Below, one piece after another: positions 12,387 to 22,008 of a DNA stretch of 64,000 nucleotides; position 1 is the stretch's first letter, and the number at the start of each line of letters is the position of its first letter. A program made the translations under genes and the position numbers. The DNA is taken from contig CM000152.2 of NCBI GenBank assembly GCA_000004695.1, forward strand, positions 1,760,001-1,824,000. The letters are read 5' to 3'. The notes under the pieces were generated by a model. The model was given only the letters and a program-made list of their open reading frames with translations. It did not search any database and was not told the origin of the DNA. This DNA comes from Dictyostelium discoideum (Eukaryota).

Positions 12387-12731
12387 GATGATGATGAAGA
12401 TGATGAAGAAGAAGAAGATGCTGGTGATGAAGATGGTGAGGGTGTAATTATTACTATTATCAATTACTTCATTTTTATTTATATAATTATTATTTTTAAT
12501 AAAAGAACTACAACTACTATTATAAATATCTTCAAGTGGTCTTTTATTAAAATAAAAAGAAATACCAACATCATTCATACCTTTCCTCAGAATCTCTTGG
12601 TTTTCTTTTTCAATTTTTTCATTATATTCATCTAATGAACAAGATGTTTCTGGTCCTGAAGGGTAAACAAATTTTGGAGAAGAGTTCTTATTTATTTTTG
12701 TATTTTTATTATTTTTTTTATGATGAAGCAT
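11918..12731 (-). pseudogene. frame-disrupted gene (or gene with an undetected frame correction): upstream part 12731..12464 in one frame, downstream part 12463..11918 in the +1 frame, switching inside a (GAT/ATC)n trinucleotide array; weak cytosolic-sulfotransferase-like motifs; paralog of 48395..48658
   Basis: Frame A encodes ...FVYPSGPETSCSLDEYNEKIEKENQEILRKGMNDVGISFYFNKRPLEDIYNSSCSSF...NEVIDNSNNY. The S-frame opens only after a TAA at about 12460 and runs poly-Ser (~50 residues) then SLIKSQEIIDDDDIKIQRGKCNLSGIIMLYSREIDNDERVFQMSLNRLDNKKGYIKENIELVCLGFNSTDVSKNQLHIKGQQDWNQSVFDYMVQCLDELSKEIIPTQTYQEYIEKTPKINK*. LRKGMNDVGISFYF resembles the SULT 3'-PB motif (ARNAKDVAVSYYHF) and KGQQDWNQSVF resembles the SULT C-terminal RKGxxGDWKxxFT. 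No conventional intron can restore the frame. Confidence 0.35.
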
Positions 12732-13593
12732 TATGTAAATTTTCTATTAAAAAAACCAAAAATATTAATAATGTAACAAGATATGTTATAAAAACTTCAA
12801 ACTATAATAGATTTCGTCATAATAAAATTTAATAATTAAATTAATAAAATTTAATTAAATTAATAAACAGATGCCCAAATTTAAAACAAAAGTACCGATT
12901 CTACTAATTTTTATTATTTTAAACAGATGTCCAAATTTATAAAATTTAATTTATTTTATAATCTAAACCTATCAATTCGAAATCCTTACTAAAAATGATG
13001 TATTCAATTTTATTCTTACATTTTTAAATTTATTTGAAGTTTAATGGATTTAGATACTAAAAGTGTTAATAAAAAAAAAATCAAAAAAAAAAATTACTAA
13101 CATTTTATATAATTAAACTGAGAACTTTTTTGGGGTTACTTTATTTTTTTTTTTTTTTTTTTTTAAAAAAAAAATACAAGTGTCAGGGCTTGAAAAAAAA
13201 AAAAAAGATCTGGATTTTTTTTGGTGCCACTTTATTTTTTTTTTTTTTTTTTCTAAAAATAAATAAAAGTGTCAGAACCTTTTTGAAAAAAAAAAATCTG
13301 GACCTTTCAATTTTTTCAGGGAAATTAATACTAAAAGTTAAAGTTTATTGCTATATGAAATTATTTAAACACTGTGCCAAAACTAAAATAAAAAAAATAA
13401 AAAATATAAAAAATAAAAAATATAAAAAAATAAAAATTAATAAATAATATTAATAATCATTAGAATTTTTTTTTTAAGTTTTTTTAAATTTAAAAAACAT
13501 TAAAAATGAACAAATAGTTTATGGAATAATACTAACAATATTTTTTTAATTGAGTAGATTTCATCGAAATTTCGATACCTTATGACAAAGACA

Positions 13594-13667
13594 TGTGCCT
13601 GAAGGGTTTCGATCCCATGACCTATTGATTCGAAGTCAATCGCTCTTCCGAACTGAGCTACAAGCAC
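13594..13667 (-). tRNA. tRNA-Arg, anticodon TCG (UCG), 74 nt including discriminator
   Basis: Minus strand reads GTGCTTG TA GCTC AGTTCGGAA GAGC G ATTGA CTTCGAA TCAAT AGGTC ATGGG ATCGAAA CCCTT CAGGCAC A. Acceptor stem has 7 bp including one G-U; D stem GCTC/GAGC; anticodon stem ATTGA/TCAAT with U33 and A37; anticodon UCG. T arm has one T-T mismatch and an A54-type loop (ATCGAAA), so a tRNAscan score is needed. It is supported as a real pol III gene by DGLT-A-like and TRE5-A insertions at the family-typical distances upstream (15 and 47 bp). Confidence 0.6.
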
Positions 13668-13682
13668 CTTGGCTTCATGGTG

Positions 13683-13945
13683 TGTAATAAAGCTTGTTAG
13701 CTTTATAAATATATAATTAATAATTATATAATTGAATAATACTTTGTTATCTTTATTTAATATTAGTTTATATTTATAATATTCAATATTGTTTATAAAA
13801 TTATTCTTTAGTATTTATATTATTCATAATGAGTTGACAGTATTATTATTATTATTATTATATTATTTAAATGTGTGTCAACTATAATTAGTAATGTAAT
13901 ATGCATATTTAATATCTATTAATTTTATAGAGTAACTTTATTACA
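13683..13945 (-). repeat. 3' LTR of the DGLT-A-like element (263 bp)
   Basis: Identical to 16071..16333 and terminates TGTAAT.../...ATTACA. The element ORF stop codon TAA is formed by LTR bases 13941-13943 (TG-TAA-T). Confidence 0.85.
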
Positions 13946-14542
13946 TATCCCCCCCTTTTAGTTGAAAAAAATTTTTCAATCTTTTAATATAAAACACATC
14001 ATGATTTTTAATATTATCCAATACTAATTTGAATTTTAAATCGCTAACTCTCTCATGTACTTTGAAAAGACCTTCCCAAGATTTATTGAGCTTTACTGGA
14101 CCAACAGTGGATTGTAAATAGACATAATCTCCTACTTGAATATTTGAACGAGAAACTTTTTTATTAATTTGTGATAATTGGTCTTTACCAAGATTATCCT
14201 TAATGAGACAAGGACGTTTGAGGTTATTATTAACAATTTGAGCGAAATTATGAGCAAAATCTAATCTTGATAAATTTGTACATGGATTTCTTATTAATGG
14301 TTGAATTGAGGTTATTTGTGATTTAATTATTGAATTCTCTGTTTGATTTAATGATATTGATTTTAATGGTAAATTTGATGTTATTGGTGAATCTATTGGT
14401 TCTTGGAATAAGAATTCTGGAATATCGTAATCTATTGGTAGTTGTTCTTCAATAGTTGGATACGATTTGATTGATAGTATATGATGAGAATTAAAATTTT
14501 CAATTAAATGATCAGTATCTGTTAATAATTCTGATTTTGATG

Positions 14543-14594
<52 letters not shown>

Positions 14595-15869
14595 TGAATA
14601 ATCAGATACTGTTTTAAATATAGTTTGTATACATGGTTGGGTTTCTTTAGATATTAATTTGGTACCAACATTGAATTCAAGATTCTTAATGATCATTTCT
14701 TTAAAATCAATGACTAAATTTAATCCAATTATTGTATCAATGCCAAATATACAATCAATTGATGTATCATTATCTTTAACAACATTAACTTTAACTCTAG
14801 CGAATGCTTTACCTAATTTAATTGTTGTGTTACTTATTCCAATGATTTCGATTTGATTATTTGATGCTGATTTAACAGAATATTGTTTATTTTCAATCTT
14901 TAATTTTAACTTTTTAGCAATACTTTCCCAAACAATAGTAAGTGATGAACCAGTATCAATCAAACCTCTAACATTTTTATTATTTATTAATAAAGCTGCA
15001 TTCATACTATCTATTCCAATTGAATTAATTGTACTATTATTGACCATTGTAATTGAATTAGTTCTATTATTGTAATTGTTATTATTATTTTTATCTTTTG
15101 ACCAACACTCTTGAATTACATGACCTTTCTTTTTGCAATATTTACAAAATTTTGTGATTGAATTTACTTGATTTTGTGGTGCTTTATAAGGGGATGATTG
15201 TGGTGACATTTGTGGTGATCGATTATAATATTGATTTTTAAAAATTGGTGTTGAAATTTCTTCAGATTCAATTGATTGTTGTTCGTTTTGAGATGTAACA
15301 TATTGAGGGGATGTTGCAGAATAACCCGAACCCGAACCTAGATATCTTTGATTACCAAATTCTTGCAACGTCTTTGCAACTAATTGACCAGTGTACATTG
15401 ATCTACCTTTGATACGAATTGAACCATCTTCACAAGACTTTGCAATATCTATTGCTCTTTTTAATGATTTTGGTGCACATTTTGTAATTTTAATACCCAA
15501 TTCAGTACCAACAGCTGAATAAAACAATTGTATTTTAAACTTTTCTGAAATATCAACTGCTGAACATTTTGATAGAAATTTACCAATTAATATATCTAAT
15601 GTATTGTATTTATATTCTCCCAACTTTGTTAATTCTGTTAAATCATCACTATCACCAATATCAAAAGCATCTTTAAGATCTTCAATTATCTCCATTGCTG
15701 TTAAGTCTGTATCCAATGTTGCGGCATATTCCAATGCATTGTTTCTTAGTTTTCTAATAATATCAGCTTTCGATATTTCCTCGCCATGAATTAATAAGAG
15801 TAAGTGTTTGAATTTACGAAATGATAAACCTTTTCCATCACCCGAAAAAATTACGTTTTCATTATTACT

Positions 15870-15872
<3 letters not shown>
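13941..15872 (-). CDS. retrotransposon polyprotein remnant (643 aa): Gag-CCHC + aspartic protease fused in frame to integrase C-terminal domain; RT/RNase H/integrase core deleted
   Basis: Continuous ORF from ATG (15872) to a TAA supplied by the 3' LTR. Motifs are listed under the element feature. It reads through the polypurine tract as K-G-G. Confidence 0.8.
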
Positions 15873-15956
<84 letters not shown>

Positions 15957-16070
15957 TATTAAATTAAATTTAATCTAATGTAAAATTTTAATTGATTGAA
16001 TAATTTGATAACTTTATATTTATAGTATATTTTTTTTTTTTTTTTTTTTTTGAAAGACGATGTCGCCAAA

Positions 16071-16333
16071 TGTAATAAAGCTTGTTAGCTTTATAAATAT
16101 ATAATTAATAATTATATAATTGAATAATACTTTGTTATCTTTATTTAATATTAGTTTATATTTATAATATTCAATATTGTTTATAAAATTATTCTTTAGT
16201 ATTTATATTATTCATAATGAGTTGACAGTATTATTATTATTATTATTATATTATTTAAATGTGTGTCAACTATAATTAGTAATGTAATATGCATATTTAA
16301 TATCTATTAATTTTATAGAGTAACTTTATTACA
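16071..16333 (-). repeat. 5' LTR of the DGLT-A-like element (263 bp)
   Basis: Identical copy of 13683..13945. Followed on the minus strand by TT + TGGCGACATCGTC (PBS-like) and a poly(A) stretch before the Gag ATG at 15872. Confidence 0.85.
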
Positions 16334-16369
16334 GGTGTAATGAACGTCGTATTCCAATTCCTATGAAAT

Positions 16370-17255
16370 TAAGTGTGGACACACCACTCACACCTGGAAT
16401 GTGAAGATTTTAAACCATCTACAAATTGCACTAGTAGCCAATTTAATAGCTATTATATTCGAAAAAATTTGGCACAAAAGAAACAAACTCATTCACGATG
16501 AAAAAGAAATAATAATTCACAGACAACAAGTAATACGTGAACTAATTAAAACACAAAGAGCTGCATGGGACAGGACACAAGCGGTTATAAACAAAACATT
16601 AAGAATCAAATCAAAGCAACGGCCAGAAGAACAAAATAAACTAGACTCACTAATCTCGCTAAAGCTATTACAATTTAGCAGACAATGGAACTCACCTCTT
16701 CACGCAATAGAACTTCCTAAACATCTCAAAAAATACAATAATTCACTCAGTACTTTCTATAAATAAATAAAAAAAAAAAAAAAAAAATAAAAAAATAAAA
16801 AAAAAAAAAAAAAAAACTTGGGAACCCAAGTTAATCAGAAAATTTCCAGATTTTTAACTTTTTAAAGAAAAATAAAAAAAATAGAAAGAAAATAAAATGA
16901 AAATCACAAACAACACCACAAATATTAAGCAACACAAATGCCTACAAAAAATAAGCGAAATTGTGGATAAAACTCAATTAAAAAAAAAACAATTCAAATA
17001 CGTCATAAACATCAATCACGAACCAGACGATAAAATAAAAAAAGATATAGAAAAAAGTTTGGACAAAAAAGATGTTTTAATCAAAAGTAATAATATAATT
17101 CAAAATTCGAAACAAAAAAAAAAAAAAAAAAAAAAAAAAAGGTAAACCAACCCCTCTTTTAGAGACCCTGTAAAAAAAAAAAAATAAAATAAAATGAGAT
17201 CTAGCATCTCAAGGAGAAGCAAATAATAATTGCGTTATCCAATTCAAAAAAAAAA
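16370..17255 (+). mobile_element. 5'-truncated TRE5-A (DRE) copy: ORF2 3' end (16370..16766), B-module with ORF1-start duplicate (16897..17145), C-module, oligo(A) 17246..17255; flanked by 15-bp TSD CAATTCCTATGAAAT (16355..16369 and 17256..17270)
   Basis: ORF 16401..16766 is about 99 percent identical to the C-terminus of the 772-aa ORF2 at 39975..42293. 16897..17145 matches 39583..39831 (MKITNNTTNIKQHKC...). The C-module segment aaatgagatctagcatctcaaggagaagcaaataataattgcgttatccaattc matches the 3' end of the full copy. Removing the DGLT-like element and one GGTG places the truncated 5' end 47 bp upstream of tRNA-Arg, the canonical TRE5-A position. Confidence 0.75.
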
Positions 17256-17670
17256 CAATTCCTATGAAATACTTTTGATAATTTGTATATACCTTATATA
17301 CTTGTGTTACCCTTGAACACAGAGAAATAATTAATAATAAATAATAAATAATAAATAATATTATATCTCTTATATAATATTATATGTAATAAAGTATAAG
17401 TTTTGTTTATGCACAATTTGGAATAAAACAACAATGAATTAATTTTTATTTTATTTACTATTTATACTAAAATTAATTTTACTAAAGAAACCGTTGGTTA
17501 AATTTCTGAGAATAAAGTAAGAATCTTGTATTTGACGTCTTTTCAGTAACAGATCTATTTCTATATTTGTATTTTACCAAGGATAAAAACTTTATATGTT
17601 AATTTATGTCGCTTAATTATTCGCGATTATTACACAAGTAAAGGACCTCGTATTTGGACTTCTATGAAAT

Positions 17671-18156
17671 TATGAGGCTTGGCACATATTCTTCAAATGT
17701 AAATCTCACCTCAAAGACACTCAAACCTGCATTGATTACATTCAAGATAAAAGTGGGGGTTCCCAAATCACGTGGGGAGTGGAAATATTTGGGAACAAAC
17801 TGGATATTTCACTAACAGCCAACGCCATAGCTATAATCTGTGAAAGCATTTGGAGAAGAAGAAACAAAAGAATACACGAAGAAATCACTCTCAAAAAACT
17901 AAGAGAAGAAAAACCCAAACATCTATTAAAGAAAACGCAAGAAGCTGCCTTGGAAAGAACCAAAAACAACATATATAAATTAATAAGACAATCAAAAAAA
18001 GCAACAACGATTGAAGCAGCTAAAAAATTCAAATCCATCATCTCCTCTCAATTAGAAAGATTCAGAAAAAACTAGAACTCTCCTCTACACATAGTAACAC
18101 TTCCACCCAACCTAAACAAATATATAACATCACTCAACACACTCTATACCCTCAAC

Positions 18157-18202
<46 letters not shown>

Positions 18203-18363
18203 TATAAATATATAAAACTAATACCACCCGAAAAAAAAAAAAAAAAAAAGGGACCATTTTAAAATTAAAACCTACTATAATAAAATGAGATTAATCTCAA
18301 GAAGAAGCAACTCACAATTGCTTTATTCCATTCAAAAAAAAACTTCTATGAAATACTAATAAT
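17671..18363 (+). mobile_element. divergent TRE5-family 5'-truncated fragment (ORF2 C-terminal region 17779..18075, A-rich tract, C-module-like segment, oligo(A)); flanked by 13-bp TSD ACTTCTATGAAAT (17658..17670 and 18364..18376)
   Basis: ORF MEIFGNKLDISLTANAIAIICESIWRRRNKRIHEEITLKKLREEKPKHLLKKTQEAALERTKNNIYKLIRQSKK... parallels the TRE5-A ORF2 C-terminus (LQIALVANLIAIIFEKIWHKRNKLIHDEKEI...) at about 45 percent identity. The 3' module aataaaatgagattaatctcaagaagaagcaactcacaattgctttattccattc parallels the TRE5-A C-module. The TSD is nearly the same sequence as that of the neighbouring TRE5-A fragment. Confidence 0.6.
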
Positions 18364-18590
18364 ATTTTGTACAAACAGAAATAATTAACAAAAACGCACT
18401 ATTCAGTGAATGCTCAGGGTTATCAAAGGTTTCTTTATAAAATCGTTAACGTCTTTTCGGCTACATATCCATTTCTATATTTGAGTTTATCAAGGATGAA
18501 AACTTTATATGTTAATATATGTCACTTATTCATTCGCGATTATTACATTCTCATTTAATTTATTAAATAATTATTTTTTTTATTTTATTA

Positions 18591-18649
18591 GACCTATTGA
18601 TTCGAAGTCAATCGAGCTTCTGAAATGAGCTACAAGCACCAGGCTTTTC
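18591..18649 (-). pseudogene. tRNA 5'-half fragment (acceptor 5' strand through variable loop) related to tRNA-Arg(TCG); bracketed by ~30-bp direct repeats (18549..18578 and 18650..18679)
   Basis: Minus strand GGTGCTTGTAGCTCATTTCAGAAGCTCGATTGACTTCGAATCAATAGGTC equals the first 50 nt of the 13594..13667 tRNA with D-arm substitutions; the T arm and 3' acceptor are absent. Both flanks carry CTCATTTAATTTATTAAATAATTATTTTT. Confidence 0.5.
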
Positions 18650-19088
18650 TCATTTAATTTATTAAATAATTATTTTTAATTTTATTTCAATAATCATAAA
18701 AAATATCATAAAATTGTTATATTAAAAAAAAATCAAATATAAAACCAATTAAAATTGTTATATTAATTATAAAAAAAATAATAATAAAAAATAATAAATA
18801 ATAAAAAAATTAAAAAATTTAATTACAATTTTCTGTGTGAAAGAAATAAAAAAATTTGTGTCGTAAAATTAATGTAAAAAAAAATGTGCAGAATTAATTC
18901 AACATTTCTGAATTTTATTTTTTAATAAGATTAACAATGATTTTATTTTTTTTTTTTTTTTTTTTTTTTTGGGAATATTAAACCAAACCAATTACAATCA
19001 CTATAAAATAAAATAAAGAAATGAAAAAAAAAAAAAAATAAAATAAAATCATTATTAATCTTATTAATTATATATATTATAAAAAAAA

Positions 19089-20968
19089 ATGTTTAATCAA
19101 ACTAAAATATTTTTATTTTTATTTTTGTTACTATCTTTATTTGTTTTTATTGGTATGGATAAATATTTTTTTTTTTTTTTTTCATTATATTTATTAAAAT
19201 GGTTTTAATATTAACAATGGGTTAATTTTTTATTTTAGATTGTTACCCATGCGATTATAATGTAGGTTGTGATGATGGAGATGAATGTACTGGTGATTCA
19301 TGTTCAATTGATAATTTATGTATAAATATTATTATTTCATGTGATGATAGTAATTTATGTACCAGTGATTCTTGTTCAAGTATAACTGGTTGTTCTAATG
19401 TACCAATTTCATGTGACGATTGTAATGCTTGTACCGTTGATTCTTGTTTGCCATTGATTGGTTGTTGTCATGCTCCAATGGTATGTGATGATTGTAATGC
19501 TTGTACAGTTGATTCATGTTTAAATTCAACTGGTTGCTGTCATACTCCAATAGTATGTGATGATTGTAATGCTTGTACAATTGATTCTTGTTTAAATTCA
19601 ACTGGTTGTTGTCATACTCCAATGGTATGTGATGATGGTAATGCTTGTACAAATGATGGTTGTTCAAGTGAAACTGGTTGCAATCATTTGCCAATTTCAT
19701 GTGATGATTGTAATGCTTGTACATTGGATTCTTGCTCACCAATTACTGGTTGTTGTCATAGTCAAATTTCATGTGATGATTGTAATGCTTGTACATTAGA
19801 TTCTTGTTCACCAATTATTGGTTGTTGTCATACTCAAATGGTCTGTGATGATGGTAATGCTTGTACAAATGATGGTTGCTCTGAAGAAACTGGTTGTTGC
19901 CATACTCCAATTTCATGTGATGATGGCAATTCTTGTACAAATGATGGTTGCTCTGAAGAGACTGGTTGTTGTCATACTCCAATTTCATGTGATGATGGTA
20001 ATGCTTGTACATTAGATTCTTGCTCCTCAACTACTGGTTGTTGTCATACTGCAATGGTATGTGATGATGGTGATGCCTGTACATTAGATTCTTGTTCACA
20101 AACTTCTGGCTGTTGTAGTTCACCAATTTCATGTGATGATGGTAATGCATGCACTAATGATGGTTGTTCAAGTGAAACTGGTTGTATTCATTTACCAATT
20201 TCATGTGATGATGGCAATGCTTGTACAAATGATGGTTGCTCTGAAGAAACTGGTTGTTGTCACACTCCAATTTCATGTGATGATGGTAATGCTTGTACTA
20301 ATGATGGTTGCTCTGAAGAGACTGGTTGTTGTCACACTCAAATTTCATGTGATGATGGTAATGCTTGTACAAATGATGGTTGTTCAAAGGAAGATGGTTG
20401 TATTCATTTACCAATCTCATGTGACGATTGTGATGCCTGTACAGTTGATTCTTGTTCAAATGAAGATGGTTGTATTCATTTACCAATTTCATGTGACGAT
20501 TGTGATGCTTGTACAATTGATTCTTGTTTAAATTCTACTGGTGGTTGTTGTCATACTCCAATTTCATGTGATGATGGTAATGCTTGTACAAATGATGGTT
20601 GTTCAAGTGAAACTGGTTGTAATCATTTACCAATTTCATGTGATGATGGTAATGCTTGTACATTAGATTCTTGCTCACCAACTACTGGTTGTTGTCATAC
20701 TCCAATTTCATGCGATGATGGTGATGCTTGTACATTAGATTCTTGTTCACCAACTTCTGGCTGTTGTAGTTCCCCAATTTCATGTGATGATGGTAATTTA
20801 TGTACAATTGATTCCTGCTCACCTTCAACTGGTTGTTGTCATACTCCAATTTCTTGTAATGATCTCAATATGTGCACCATTGATTTCTGTCTCCCAAATT
20901 TTGGTTGTGTTCATAGATTAAGACCATCATGCCATAACTATAACGAAATTGGTATTAATATAAATTAA
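19089..20968 (+). CDS. secreted cysteine-rich protein built from ~20 tandem 26-28-aa Dicty_CTDC-type repeats (GCCHTPISCDDGNACTNDGCSEET); exons join(19089..19152,19239..20968), ~598 aa
   Basis: Exon 1 MFNQTKIFLFLFLLLSLFVFIG is a signal peptide with a GTATGG donor at 19153. Acceptor TTATTTTAG at 19237-19238; phase 1 is consistent with ORF 19448..20968. The repeat consensus is C-x-D-x-N-x-C-T-x-D-x-C-S-x-x-T-G-C-C-H-x-P-I-S. Antisense His/Tyr-rich ORFs in the track are by-products of the repeat. Confidence 0.7.
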
Positions 20969-21302
20969 ATAAAAATTAATTTTTTTTTTATAATAAATTT
21001 TTTTATTTTATAATTTAAAAATTTATTATTTATTATTATTTATTATTAGGTCATAATGGTCAATAATATTAAATATTATATTATTAATAGTGGAAAAAAA
21101 AAAATCAATTTTATAATCGTTAAGCGATTATCCAAAACATTTAAAATTTAATTTGGTGGATGTAAAAATTTCAGCATTAAAGTAATTTTGTTGCCTCTTT
21201 TTTTTTTTTACTTTTATTTTTTTATTTTCTGCGACTCCCCTTATGGAAAATCTACTTAATTTTAATTAAAATCATTCGTTTTTGATTGAAAGTCGTTAGT
21301 GG

Positions 21303-21333
<31 letters not shown>

Positions 21334-21343
21334 CTCCAACGAT

Positions 21344-21378
<35 letters not shown>

Positions 21379-21443
21379 CCTAATAATTATTCATTGATCA
21401 TTAAACATAATCATTTTATCAAAAAAATAAATAATTAATAGCC

Positions 21444-21813
21444 ATGAATACAAATGCATCTGTTTTTTATGGTTTGTAAGTATCTTTCAAAATAAACCAG
21501 ATTTAAATTTAATATTAATCAGGTTTTTTTTTTTTTTTTATTAATATTATTATTAATTTCAAATTAAATTTTTTAAAAAAGTGTTGGATTAACCATAGCA
21601 TGTATTATTCCATGGTACAATGAACGTAGAAAATTTATGGATGAAAAAAATAAGAAAATTGAAGAATCAGCTGAAAATGTTAAACAAAGACAATTGAAAC
21701 AACAACAACAACAACAACAAAATAATAATAACACTAATGACACTATTGATACATATAAACCATATGATGAAACAAACACAAAAAGAACTATACCCAATAA
21801 CCCGAAGAATTAA
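21444..21813 (+). CDS. small single-pass membrane protein (~87 aa) with C-terminal polyQ/N tail; exons join(21444..21475,21582..21813)
   Basis: ATG AAT ACA AAT GCA TCT GTT TTT TAT GGT TT | GTAAGT; acceptor AAAAAAG at 21580-21581. Product MNTNASVFYGFVGLTIACIIPWYNERRKFMDEKNKKIEESAENVKQRQLKQQQQQQQNNNNTNDTIDTYKPYDETNTKRTIPNNPKN*. Coding periodicity is good, but no family assignment could be made by eye. Confidence 0.4.
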
Positions 21814-21858
21814 AAAATAAAAATAAAAATAAAAAATAAAATAATTATCAACAAAACA

Positions 21859-22008
<150 letters not shown>

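Larger units (their letters stand above)
13683..16333 (-). mobile_element. DGLT-A-like Ty3/gypsy LTR retrotransposon, internally deleted derivative (2.65 kb): 5' LTR 16333..16071, single ORF 15872..13941, PPT, 3' LTR 13945..13683
   Basis: Two identical 263-bp direct repeats bounded by TGTAATAA...TTATTACA. Minus-strand polypurine tract AAAAGGGGGGG (13957..13947) abuts the 3' LTR. Putative PBS TGGCGACATCGTC lies 2 nt downstream of the 5' LTR (16068..16056). 4-bp flanking duplicate GGTG (13679..13682 and 16334..16337). The insertion sits 15 bp upstream of tRNA-Arg, the target window reported for DGLT-A. The ORF encodes Gag with a CCHC knuckle (CKYCKKKGHVIQEC), retropepsin (LIDTGSSLTIV) and then an integrase C-terminal SH3/chromo-like segment (GPVKLNKSWEGLFKV...HDVFYIKRLK). 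No RT, RNase H or integrase-core region is present. Confidence 0.8.

Noticed and set aside
17150-17260. Considered calling the ORF1-start duplicates (16897..17145, 39583..39831, 45445..45648) as separate small genes
   Set aside because: They are the B-module duplication of the TRE5-A ORF1 5' end in the 3' UTR and have no independent promoter or terminator context.
19395-20531. Several His/Tyr/Asn-rich ORFs on the minus strand and alternative plus frames (19395..19742-, 19815..20030-, 19818..20015+, 20133..20531+, 20298..20516-)
   Set aside because: They lie antisense or out of frame to the Cys-repeat gene and are created by its 78-84-nt tandem repeat. They have no start context and no codon periodicity of their own.
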